A stretch of DNA of 35,108 nucleotides from an uncultured Pseudomonadales bacterium (GTDB lineage Bacteria; Patescibacteriota; Microgenomatia; UBA1400; PJMF01), in assembly GCA_964567445.1 (NCBI GenBank), contig CAZMMR010000002.1:1-35108 (forward strand), given 5' to 3'. The stretch's first letter is position 1; every line of letters begins with the position of its first letter. Positions 14,361 to 23,067 of the stretch are shown here, piece after piece. Below the pieces are notes generated by a model. The model did not search any database and had not been told where the DNA came from. It saw nothing but the letters and a program-made list of their open reading frames with translations. The position numbers and the translations under genes are program-made.

Positions 14361-15854
14361 ATGATTAGAAAATACTTTTACCGTCATCCCGTTCGCACTC
14401 GCCGTTTTTTCGAAATATTACCTGGCTTTGTTTCTTGGTCTCTAATCTTATTCCCAGTCTGGGGTTCCTTTGTAATGCCTAAGATAGTTGCTTATTATGT
14501 AATCATTTTCACAGTTTATTGGCTGTATCGATCACTGATAATGGCTGTCTTATCAATCGCGGCTCACTTTAAAATTAAGGCTGCTTCAAATTTTGACTGG
14601 ACTCAGGATTTAAAAAAGAACTTCCCCAATCAATGGAACCAAATACACCACGTTATCATTATTCCTACCTATAAAGAGCCACTTTATATCTTAAAAAGAA
14701 CCCTTAACGGCTTAATTCAACAATCTTTTCCCAAAAAAAATATTCATGTTATGCTTTCATTTGAGGAGAGGGAAGGTAAGCCAGCTCAGAAGAAAGCTCA
14801 ACAACTAACTTCTGAATTTAAAGATGAATTTGGCAACTTGTGGACCACTTTTCATCCTGATATTGAAGATGAGGTTAAAGGTAAATCAGCCAATACTTCT
14901 TGGGGAGCTAAAATTGCCAAAAAGAAACTAGTCGACGAACAAGGTGTAGATATAGATAACGTTACCATTACCAGCGAAGATGCCGATGCCCGTTTTCACA
15001 CCCATTACTTCGCATATTTAACCTACGAATTTCTTAAAGAGGACAAACCCTACAATCGAGTTTGGCAAGGAGCTATTGTTTTTTATAATAATATCTGGGA
15101 AGTACCAGCCCCAATTAGGGTTATGGCCTCCTCTTATTCTGTAATCCAAATGTATGTTTTAATGCGCCAGGATCGTCTTATTAATTTTTCTACTTATAGC
15201 ACTAGCCTCAAGCACGCCGATGAGATTGATTATTGGGACACCGATGTCATCCCCGAAGACTACCGCTTCTTTTTTAAGTCTTATTTTGCCAAACATGGTA
15301 ATTTCGAAGTAAAACCAATTTTTCTACCCATCTATGCTGATGCAGCCCAAGCAAACACTCTTATAGAGACTTTTAAAAATCAGTATACCCAGCTCAAACG
15401 CTGGGCTTGGGGAGTAAGTGATGACGCCTATATTATTCGTCAATATGTGCTGTCTGATGCTCCTTTTTGGGATAAAACCATTCGCGTTTTTAAGGTGATA
15501 GAGGATCACTTTTTATGGCCCGTCAACTGGTTTGCCATCACCATCTCTGCCAGCTTACCACCACTCCTTAATAGGGAATTTAACCGCACCATGCTTGGTA
15601 AAACTTTGCCTCAGGTGGCTTCCACTCTTCTCACAATTTCTTTAATATCTATGATTGTTTTAATTGCCGTTGATGCCGCTAATCGCCCCCCCAGACCGAA
15701 GAAAAAAACTTTTCTATCATATATTTTTCAACCTTTAGAATTTATTCTGATGCCAATAGTGGGGTTTTTCTTTTCTGCTTTACCAGGAATTGATGCTCAT
15801 ACCAGACTAATGTTGGGCAAATATATCGAGTATAAGGTTACCAAAAAAGTGTAA
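14361..15854 (+). CDS. Integral-membrane family 2 glycosyltransferase of the processive (cellulose/chitin-synthase-like) type
   Basis: 497 aa. It has TM helices at both ends, IIIPTYKEP, TSEDADARF (acidic D-x-D-like pair), IPEDYRF (TED-like) and QLKRWAWG (QxxRW). Confidence 0.85.
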   Translation: MIRKYFYRHPVRTRRFFEILPGFVSWSLILFPVWGSFVMPKIVAYYVIIFTVYWLYRSLIMAVLSIAAHFKIKAASNFDWTQDLKKNFPNQWNQIHHVIIIPTYKEPLYILKRTLNGLIQQSFPKKNIHVMLSFEEREGKPAQKKAQQLTSEFKDEFGNLWTTFHPDIEDEVKGKSANTSWGAKIAKKKLVDEQGVDIDNVTITSEDADARFHTHYFAYLTYEFLKEDKPYNRVWQGAIVFYNNIWEVPAPIRVMASSYSVIQMYVLMRQDRLINFSTYSTSLKHADEIDYWDTDVIPEDYRFFFKSYFAKHGNFEVKPIFLPIYADAAQANTLIETFKNQYTQLKRWAWGVSDDAYIIRQYVLSDAPFWDKTIRVFKVIEDHFLWPVNWFAITISASLPPLLNREFNRTMLGKTLPQVASTLLTISLISMIVLIAVDAANRPPRPKKKTFLSYIFQPLEFILMPIVGFFFSALPGIDAHTRLMLGKYIEYKVTKKV

Positions 15855-15932
15855 CAAGCGTGAAAAACCCACACTTAACTTAAATTAAGCCTTTTCTTAA
15901 AACCTGTGCTTTGCGACTCCCTTTTTAATCGA

Positions 15933-15938
15933 TACAAT
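15933..15938 (+). promoter_or_regulatory. -10-like box TACAAT positioned for a leaderless GT-C mRNA
   Basis: cgaTACAATgaacttATG, with 6 nt to the ATG at 15945 and no SD. Confidence 0.4.
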
Positions 15939-15944
15939 GAACTT

Positions 15945-17516
15945 ATGTCAAAAATCTTTAAAAAAATTGATCAATTCTTAGATCGCCACACAATCCTGTG
16001 GTTGGCTTTATTATTATTAACAGTTCTTAGAATCCCCAACTTCTTTGATCCTTACTGGTATGGGGACGAAGCTATTTACTTAACTGTTGGCCAAAGTATT
16101 CGCTCTGGCAAAAAACTGTACACAGAAATCGTCGATCATAAAACACCTATTATTTATTATTTAGCTGCAGTACCCAATCAGTTTTGGTTTCGAATTCTCT
16201 TGCTAACTTGGATGATTGCCACCACCGCTGCTTTCTATGCTTTCAGTCGCAAACTATTTAAAAATAAGACTCTTTCTGCCCTAAGCACATTTGCTTTTGT
16301 CTTGTTAACTACCTTACCGTGGTTTGAAGGTCATATTCCTAATGGCGAACTATTTGTGATGGGCTTTATTTTAGTTGGCTTATGGCTGATGACAAACAGC
16401 AGCTACTTACAACCAGTTTTAGAATCTAATCAAACAGATAAGCTCAATTTTAAGTACTTGCTGGCAGGAGGAGCTTTTTTTGGTCTAGGTATATTAACTA
16501 AGGTACCGGCTTTACTTGATTTGGCAGCAGTAATGACCATCGCTTGGTTTAGTTTTACACGCTCATTGGGCAAAAATTTTAGAAAATGGCAACAAAAACT
16601 ACTTAGCCTAATCAGGAAGCTAGTACCATTATTGTTAGGTGTTTTTATTCCTATTTTGATTTCGATTTTATACTTTGTTCTACGCGGTTCTGGCCAAGAC
16701 TATCTGCGCTTTGGCTTGCTGTATAACTTGCATTACACGCAAAACTGGACCTTAGATTTAGGGAGTAAAATCTTAAACTTTGTTTTTAGTATGCCGAGCA
16801 AGACTTTAATCCTGTTTGTTTTAATTTTTGCTTTGTCCTTAATTAAGAAACTATCTGATCGAGCTAAATTTTTGTTAAGCTGGGTTTTAACCGCCCTTTA
16901 TTCAGTTTTGCTCTCTAGCCGTCCTTATCCCCACTATGTCATGCAAATAGTACCACCATTAGTCTTAACTGGAACTATGATTGTTGCCAATATAGTCAGT
17001 CTAGTGCGAGAAAAACAAAAATTAGCTAAAAATATTCTAGCAATTGCTGTTAGCACTCTCATACTAATAATGAGCACCCTAGCTCTAATCACCTTAGACT
17101 TTAGAGGCTATGGTCTTGTTGCTTATTATCAAAACTTCTACCAATTCGTTACAGGCAAAATTAGTCAACAAAAATACTACCAATCTTTCAACTATCTTAT
17201 GGATGATAACTACGCATTAAGCCAATTTTTGCAAAAACAAGGAGAGCACAAGCTGTTTATTTGGGGTGATAATCCCATGCTTTATGCTCTTAGTCAAACT
17301 ATACCTGCCAGTCGTTTTACTGTTGCCTTTCACATTACAGATTTAGGTGTTTATGACAAAACCTTAGAAGAAATAAAGCAAGTTCAACCTAAATTTATCG
17401 TGGTTATGAACGATGCTCCAAATAACTTTCATGGATTTTATTCATACCTTAACCAAAACTATATACCTAATAGCACTTATGAGCACATGGTCCTTTACAA
17501 GCAACAGAATCAGTAA
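15945..17516 (+). CDS. GT-C fold glycosyltransferase (ArnT/PMT_2-like), using a polyprenyl-phosphate-sugar donor
   Basis: Polytopic membrane protein. Its first-loop motif is YWYGDEAIYLTVGQSI...DHKTPIIYYL (a DE..Y motif followed by KTP/KPP). The start is set at the ATG at 15945 rather than the GTG at 15906. Confidence 0.75.
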   Translation: MSKIFKKIDQFLDRHTILWLALLLLTVLRIPNFFDPYWYGDEAIYLTVGQSIRSGKKLYTEIVDHKTPIIYYLAAVPNQFWFRILLLTWMIATTAAFYAFSRKLFKNKTLSALSTFAFVLLTTLPWFEGHIPNGELFVMGFILVGLWLMTNSSYLQPVLESNQTDKLNFKYLLAGGAFFGLGILTKVPALLDLAAVMTIAWFSFTRSLGKNFRKWQQKLLSLIRKLVPLLLGVFIPILISILYFVLRGSGQDYLRFGLLYNLHYTQNWTLDLGSKILNFVFSMPSKTLILFVLIFALSLIKKLSDRAKFLLSWVLTALYSVLLSSRPYPHYVMQIVPPLVLTGTMIVANIVSLVREKQKLAKNILAIAVSTLILIMSTLALITLDFRGYGLVAYYQNFYQFVTGKISQQKYYQSFNYLMDDNYALSQFLQKQGEHKLFIWGDNPMLYALSQTIPASRFTVAFHITDLGVYDKTLEEIKQVQPKFIVVMNDAPNNFHGFYSYLNQNYIPNSTYEHMVLYKQQNQ

Positions 17517-17554
17517 ATTGTTTAACTTAATCTGCCTAGATTTGACAACCAGCT

Positions 17555-17944
17555 ATGACAGCACAAGCATCATTTCATCCGCAAAGAAAAGCCAGACTAA
17601 AGATTAAAGTTGGTCCCAGCTATGTCCAACAACCTTTAACTATTTCTTTAGTCATTACTATCATCTTGCTTCTTTTAATAGTCGCCGTACAGCCTGCTAT
17701 TCAACCACATATACCTTTGTTTTATTCACTACCTAATCCAGAACAACAATTAGCGCCAAAAGCCTGGCTGTTTTTGTTACCGACACTATCTACTATCATT
17801 AATTGTATCCACATTGGTGCTATTTATCTCTTTAAAGAGGCTGATGAACTAATGATTCGCTTGTATGCCTGGGGAGATTTGATTGTGCAAATAATACTTC
17901 TGATCATTACCCTAAGGAACATTTTAGTGGTATTATCACTATAA
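17555..17944 (+). CDS. Hypothetical small membrane protein (three TM helices) inside the glycan cluster
   Basis: 129-aa ORF with hydrophobic stretches. It sits 3 nt upstream of the next gene. I recognised no motif. Confidence 0.55.
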   Translation: MTAQASFHPQRKARLKIKVGPSYVQQPLTISLVITIILLLLIVAVQPAIQPHIPLFYSLPNPEQQLAPKAWLFLLPTLSTIINCIHIGAIYLFKEADELMIRLYAWGDLIVQIILLIITLRNILVVLSL

Positions 17945-17947
17945 AAC

Positions 17948-19027
17948 ATGTTAGAACTCTTCGCTTTTATTTTAGGTCTCGCGATTTCTGCTGGAATCAT
18001 CCCAATTGTTATCTATATTTATAGTAAAAATAACTGGGTTGATGACCCTCAAAAAAAGAGTCACATTAAAAAAACACATCACCAACCTATCCCAAGGGGT
18101 GGTGGCATTCCTATTTTTGTCTCTTTTTTGATTGGCAGCTTACTATTATTGCAAATTGATAAATACCTGATTGCTATCATCATTGCCGCCTTGCTGCTCA
18201 CTACAATCGGTATTTTTGATGACATTTTTAATTTACATCCCTATTGGCGACTTATGGTTGGGGTTACGGCGGGTTTAATAATCGTTGGTTCTGGTATTGG
18301 TATTGCTTTTATTACTAATCCTTTTGCATCGGGCGTGATCGATCTTAGCCAACCACAAATCACTTTTAAACTATTTGGGAGTTTACACACCATCTGGATT
18401 ATTGCCGACATTTTTGCCCTAATTTTTATTTTGTGGAACATGAACATTGTTAACTGGTCCAAAGGAGTCGATGGCCAGTTGCCGGCATTTATTACAATTG
18501 CCTTCATTTTTATCGGTTTGCTCAGTGATAGTTTTAGCGCTGATCCTACCGAATTCAATAATGCTCTCATGAGTTTTCTACTGGCTGGATCATTTGCTGG
18601 TTTGCTTATTTTTAATTGGTATCCGCAAAAGATTATGCCAGGCTATGGTGCTGGCTCTCTAGCTGGTTTTTTCTTGAGTGTTCTGGCTATAATCTCCGGG
18701 GCTAAGCTTGCTACAACCCTGATGGTCTTAGCGGTACCAACAGCAGATGCTATCTTTACTATTGTCCGACGTCTTTCTCAGGGCAAATCTCCTATCTGGG
18801 GAGACAGGGGCCATTTACATCATCAACTACTTGATAATTTAGGTTGGGGCAGACGCAGAATTTCTCTTTTCTACTCCGTCACTAGTTTAATTATGGGTGT
18901 TTTAGCCCTATGGCTCAATACTACAGGCAAACTGATAACACTACTTGTCTGTTTTTCACTAGTGTTTACTTTACAAATATACTCTACAATATCAATTAAT
19001 AGAGCCACTGGTAAAAAACATGAATAA
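17948..19027 (+). CDS. Polyprenyl-phosphate N-acetylhexosamine-1-phosphate transferase (MraY/WecA family, WecA-like)
   Basis: 359 aa and polytopic. It carries the motifs FDDIFNL, NMNIVNWSKGVDGQ (N-x2-N-x3-G-x-DG) and GHLHHQLL. Confidence 0.88.
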   Translation: MLELFAFILGLAISAGIIPIVIYIYSKNNWVDDPQKKSHIKKTHHQPIPRGGGIPIFVSFLIGSLLLLQIDKYLIAIIIAALLLTTIGIFDDIFNLHPYWRLMVGVTAGLIIVGSGIGIAFITNPFASGVIDLSQPQITFKLFGSLHTIWIIADIFALIFILWNMNIVNWSKGVDGQLPAFITIAFIFIGLLSDSFSADPTEFNNALMSFLLAGSFAGLLIFNWYPQKIMPGYGAGSLAGFFLSVLAIISGAKLATTLMVLAVPTADAIFTIVRRLSQGKSPIWGDRGHLHHQLLDNLGWGRRRISLFYSVTSLIMGVLALWLNTTGKLITLLVCFSLVFTLQIYSTISINRATGKKHE

Positions 19028-19979
19028 AGCAACTAAAACTCTATATTATTTAGCTAAAAGTGCCAGACCATTACAGTGGCTAAAAAATGTTGCTCTTTAC
19101 GCTCCATTACTTTTTTCTGGCTTTCTTTTTTACAACCCCAGTGATAGTCAATCCTATTTTTTAATCGTTAGCGCAGCCTTTTTAACTTTTTGTCTTCTCA
19201 CTTCCAGTACTTATTTGTTTAATGATGTAGTGGATAAAGAAGCAGATAGCAAACATCCTTATAAAAAGGAACGCCCTATTGCTGCTGGCAAGCTACCGGT
19301 TCCCACAGCCTTATTTACTGCCTTCATAGGCTTTTGTTTGGTTTTTCTGATTTCCTGGTCTTTTACTCCATTTTTTAGAATTCTAGTTTTAGCTTATTTA
19401 ATTTTACAAATTATCTATTCATTTAAGCTCAAGCATCTACCGATCCTCGATGTCTTATCGATTGCAGCTGGTTTTCTCATTCGCATCTACGCCGGGGCTG
19501 TTGTCCTCAATCTGCATATGAGTGTCTGGTTTTTATTAACCGTTATTTCCGCTTCCTTGTTCTTAGCAGTAGGTAAGCGTCAAAGTGAAAGAACATTACT
19601 GGGAGAAGAAAGATTGAAACAAACTCGCCAATCATTACATAAATATGGACAGAGATTGCTTGATGTTTATACTAGCATGTTTGCTAATGCAACCTGGCTA
19701 ACTTATGCTCTCTACACATTTCAAGCTGATGTCACCTTTCCCGATCCAGCTCATGAGCGCTTCCTTTATCTGTACCGCATTCTACCCAGAACTTGGCAGC
19801 TACGAAAACTACTGATGATTACTGTCCCTCTAGTCATTTTTGGGGTGATGCGCTACTTAGCGCTAGTCTATGAAGATAATAAGGGCGAATCGCCAGAGCA
19901 GGTGTTGATTAACGATAAAACACTACTCGCTACTGTCTCTGCTTATATCGCACTCACGATGGCGATTATCTACTTATAA
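19020..19979 (+). CDS. UbiA-family prenyl-phosphate phosphoribosyltransferase (decaprenyl-phosphate 5-phosphoribosyltransferase-like, DPPR synthase type)
   Basis: It has an N-terminal RPLQWLKNVALYAPLLF and NDVVDKEADSKHPYKKERPIAAG. These match the ND-x2-D-x-E-x-D-x2-HP-x-K-x2-RPIA-x-G signature I recall for the Rv3806c family. It overlaps the previous gene by 8 nt (ATGAATAA). Confidence 0.78.
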   Translation: MNKATKTLYYLAKSARPLQWLKNVALYAPLLFSGFLFYNPSDSQSYFLIVSAAFLTFCLLTSSTYLFNDVVDKEADSKHPYKKERPIAAGKLPVPTALFTAFIGFCLVFLISWSFTPFFRILVLAYLILQIIYSFKLKHLPILDVLSIAAGFLIRIYAGAVVLNLHMSVWFLLTVISASLFLAVGKRQSERTLLGEERLKQTRQSLHKYGQRLLDVYTSMFANATWLTYALYTFQADVTFPDPAHERFLYLYRILPRTWQLRKLLMITVPLVIFGVMRYLALVYEDNKGESPEQVLINDKTLLATVSAYIALTMAIIYL

Positions 19980-20046
19980 ACTCGCAACTAGACAGGAATT
20001 CTCTCATTACTTACAATGCTGTTATTAGTTTAAACTATTAATATCT

Positions 20047-20928
20047 ATGCCAATCACTAAAGCCATTATTTCCACTGCCGGTTTCGGCACCCGTTTTTTA
20101 CCTATTTCCAAAACTATTCAAAAAGAGATGCTGCCAATTCTTAATCGACCCATGATTGATTATGTGGTCGAAGATTGTATTAAAGCTGGCATTCAAGACA
20201 TTATCATTGTCATGAATGCTCATAACTATCAGCCACTACACTATTTCAGAGAGAATAAACGACTTTATCGTTATTTAGAAAAAATGGGGAAAATTGAATT
20301 GTACAGTCAAGTCCAGCACCTACATAAACAAGCCAACTTCCACTTTGTTAAACAAAGTGACAAAGATGATTATGGCACTTCCATCCCTGTTAAATTAGCC
20401 TCTGACTATATTCAAGATGAGGAAGCTTTCTTATATCTAACTGGTGATGACTTTATTCATCATCAGGATCCTGAAGAATCTATTAGCCAACAATTAATCG
20501 ATCTATATTATCGCTCTCAAGCAGATGCTGTCATTACTTGTATTAAAAAACCAAGGGAAGAGCTGTATCGTTATGGCGTAGCCAAATTAAAAACTCAGGC
20601 GGGAATTGATTATCTGCAAGAATTCGTAGAGAAACCAAAACCGGGTACTGCTCCCAGCAATTTAGCTAATGTTTCTAAATATGTCTTGACTCCAGCCGTC
20701 CTACCTATGATAGAGGCCCAGAAGCCCAATCCTGGTAATGGCGAATATTACATTACCGACATTATCCTAAAACAAGCTAAACAAGGGAGAGTGGTAGTTA
20801 AAACCGCTCACGGCAACTACTTAAATGCTGGAGAACCTATCACTTGGCTCCAGGCAAATATAAAACTAGCTGCTCAAGATGACAAAATGAGACCAAAAAT
20901 TAAAACTTTGGTTGAAGGACTGTTTTAA
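20047..20928 (+). CDS. galU: UTP--glucose-1-phosphate uridylyltransferase (GalU-like nucleotidyltransferase), copy 1
   Basis: It has the N-terminal motif AIISTAGFGTRFLPISKTIQKEMLPI, and VEKPKPGTAPSNLANVSKYVLTP. Confidence 0.85.
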   Translation: MPITKAIISTAGFGTRFLPISKTIQKEMLPILNRPMIDYVVEDCIKAGIQDIIIVMNAHNYQPLHYFRENKRLYRYLEKMGKIELYSQVQHLHKQANFHFVKQSDKDDYGTSIPVKLASDYIQDEEAFLYLTGDDFIHHQDPEESISQQLIDLYYRSQADAVITCIKKPREELYRYGVAKLKTQAGIDYLQEFVEKPKPGTAPSNLANVSKYVLTPAVLPMIEAQKPNPGNGEYYITDIILKQAKQGRVVVKTAHGNYLNAGEPITWLQANIKLAAQDDKMRPKIKTLVEGLF

Positions 20929-20940
20929 ACTTCTAAACCC

Positions 20941-21552
20941 ATGACAACTAAATATCAATGGCTAATTTTTGATTTATCTGGCGTTTTTTCTCAGATGTTA
21001 TTGCAGTCCAAACAACCCGCTGATATCTTAGGCAAAAAAGTAATTCCGGCTGATTTCGAAGATATCTACTACGAGCCTAGCTACAAACAGTTTATGTTAG
21101 GTCAAATCAGTTTTAATGAGTTCATTTCTCCTCTTCTTCAACAAAAAAAACCTCAATTGATTCCAGTTGAGTTTGCTATGTTGTACCAAAAGGGTATTAA
21201 GTGGGTAGCTGGCATGAAACAACTGTTAGAAAACCTAAGCCAACACTATCAGTTGGCCCTTCTCACCAACGAAGGCTTGGAGTTTGCGCAATGGAAAGTC
21301 AGTAGTCTAAAAATTAGAGACTATTTTAAAGAGATTTTTATTTCTGCCAATTTGGGGTTAGCAAAACCAAATGCAAAAATTTACCTGCGCGTATTACTGG
21401 AACTGGAAACTGAGCCTCAGCAATGCCTATTCATTGATGACAGCCAAAGAAACATTACTGCTGCCCAAGAGATTGGCATCGACTCAATTTTGTTTCAAGA
21501 TAGTAAGCAACTCCAATCTGCTTTTGCCAAAAGAGAAGTCAAACTTACTTAG
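20941..21552 (+). CDS. HAD-superfamily hydrolase (subfamily IA-like) with an atypical motif I
   Basis: Motif I is LIFDLSGV (D-x-S instead of D-x-D). Motif II-like is LLTNEG, and motif IV is FIDDSQRN. Confidence 0.75.
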   Translation: MTTKYQWLIFDLSGVFSQMLLQSKQPADILGKKVIPADFEDIYYEPSYKQFMLGQISFNEFISPLLQQKKPQLIPVEFAMLYQKGIKWVAGMKQLLENLSQHYQLALLTNEGLEFAQWKVSSLKIRDYFKEIFISANLGLAKPNAKIYLRVLLELETEPQQCLFIDDSQRNITAAQEIGIDSILFQDSKQLQSAFAKREVKLT

Positions 21553-21555
21553 TTT

Positions 21556-22854
21556 TTACACCCAACCTCTTAAAATCATCGCATCGATCACCCTCTTAAC
21601 TGCAAAGTAGTAAGTAGCCAAACGAGGGTTAATATCCAACTTATTTTTAACCTGCCACATATGCTCGAAAGCTGCAACCATTTTCTCTTCAAGCAGCATC
21701 AAGACTCTATCTTTAGCCCAGTTCATCCCCTGCAAATTTTGCACCCATTCAAAATATGAGACGGTAACACCACCGGCATTAGCTAAAACATCAGGAACAA
21801 CTAAAACTCCATTCTTTTGCAAGATTTTATCAGCCTTAGGTGTGGTAGGACCATTAGCCATTTCGATGATAACACTCGCCTTTATTTTACTGGCATTAGC
21901 AGCTGTAATAACATTTTCCAAGGCTGCAGGAACTAGAACATCAACATCCAATACCAACAGCTCTTCATTAGTCAGCTTCTTGCCTTGGTCGCAGTCTGCA
22001 AATGAGCCTTTGTCTTGCTTGCACTTTAGCAACTCTTCTGGATTGAAACCATCTTGATTATATATAGCACCACTGGAATCAGAGACTGCCACTACTTTGT
22101 ACCCTCGCTGCTGGGCATGGTGGGCAAACCAGTAACCAACATTACCAAAACCTTGAATAGCAATCGTAGTTTCTTCAGGTTCTGCTGTTACCTTTTGTTT
22201 AGTAAGCTGTTGTAAAATATAAACCCCTCCCAATCCCGTTGCCTCTGTGCGCCCTTGAGAACCACCTAACCCCACAGGCTTGCCAGTAAAAGTAGCTAGA
22301 GGATTTTCTAAAACCAAACCTTGATCTTGCATTTGAGTTTGATACTCATCCACCATCCAAGCCATAATCTGACCATTAGTGTTAACATCTGGTGCCGGCA
22401 CATCGACCCATGGTCCAATATCAGTACTAATCATGGCTGCATAAGCCCGACTTAAACGATGCAACTCATCTTGAGACATTTGACGAGGGTTAACAACAAC
22501 TCCACCTTTTCCACCTCCAAAGGGGATGTCTGTTACGGCACATTTCCAAGTCATCCAAGTCGATAAAGCTTTAACTTCAGATTCGCTGACGTCTGGATGA
22601 AAACGGATCCCACCCTTAAAAGGACCACGAGCATCGTTGTGTTGAGAACGATAAGCAATAAATGTACTAGTACTACCGTCATCCATCTCTATTTCCAGTT
22701 CACCTTCAATTAAACTAACTGGCTGTTTTAAAACTTCTATAGCCTGGTGGAACTGATTCTGATTCTGATATTCATCTTTAAGAAACTCAGCTACAGTTTT
22801 TAGCTGTTGGAGTGCATTTTGGTGAGGATCGTGTTGTTGAGATTGTTTTGTCAT
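21556..22854 (-). CDS. gdh: Glutamate dehydrogenase (Glu/Leu/Phe/Val dehydrogenase family)
   Basis: 432 aa. It carries the signatures GPFKGGIRFHP and KCAVTDIPFGGGKGGV, and the dinucleotide fold IQGFGNVG. Confidence 0.93.
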   Translation of the reverse strand: MTKQSQQHDPHQNALQQLKTVAEFLKDEYQNQNQFHQAIEVLKQPVSLIEGELEIEMDDGSTSTFIAYRSQHNDARGPFKGGIRFHPDVSESEVKALSTWMTWKCAVTDIPFGGGKGGVVVNPRQMSQDELHRLSRAYAAMISTDIGPWVDVPAPDVNTNGQIMAWMVDEYQTQMQDQGLVLENPLATFTGKPVGLGGSQGRTEATGLGGVYILQQLTKQKVTAEPEETTIAIQGFGNVGYWFAHHAQQRGYKVVAVSDSSGAIYNQDGFNPEELLKCKQDKGSFADCDQGKKLTNEELLVLDVDVLVPAALENVITAANASKIKASVIIEMANGPTTPKADKILQKNGVLVVPDVLANAGGVTVSYFEWVQNLQGMNWAKDRVLMLLEEKMVAAFEHMWQVKNKLDINPRLATYYFAVKRVIDAMILRGWV

Positions 22855-22875
22855 AATTATTTTTAGTTGCTAGTT

Positions 22876-22910
22876 AATAGACTTGTTGCGAAATAGCTAT
22901 GCATCTTTAT
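22876..22910. repeat. 35-bp intergenic repeat, copy A (22 nt upstream of the gdh start)
   Basis: AATAGACTTGTTGCGAAATAGCTATGCATCTTTAT is identical to 34060..34094 except for one base (G/A at the 10th position). It contains the palindromes ATAGCTAT and ATGCAT. Confidence 0.9.
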
Positions 22911-23067
22911 CGCCTGCCGAATCATTTCAGGTCCTCTTTTTTCAAGACGTAGTCGCAGGAAAAAGAGCAGACATGAAAAGTGCTTTGCGTTCTTCGCTAT
23001 CGCTTGAAAATACAGGGCGCTAAATAAGAAATTGTAAATTAATTTATTACTTAATCTGTAGCTAACA

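Noticed and set aside
15906-15944. N-terminal extensions in the ORF track: GT-C 15906..15944, metG 11993..12013, trxB 24133..24189, coaD/coaE 28839..28871, the small ORF 9819..9833, and the 84-aa ORF 2770..2796.
   Set aside because: In each case an internal start has a better signal, either an SD or a TATAAT at leaderless distance. The internal start also removes an overlap with a neighbouring gene or terminator, and the conserved domain begins right after it.
19018-19029. An identical CATGAATAAA start/stop overlap junction at 19019..19028 (WecA-like/UbiA) and 27697..27706 (coaD/coaE / CoA-binding gene).
   Set aside because: ATGA/ATGAATAA overlaps are a generic translational-coupling solution in AT-rich genomes. 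A 10-nt identity is not evidence of duplication or of a shared element.
21550-21558. The convergent HAD and gdh genes end 3 nt apart with no terminator between them.
   Set aside because: This is probably just genome compaction. There is no hairpin to report, and transcriptional interference cannot be judged from sequence.
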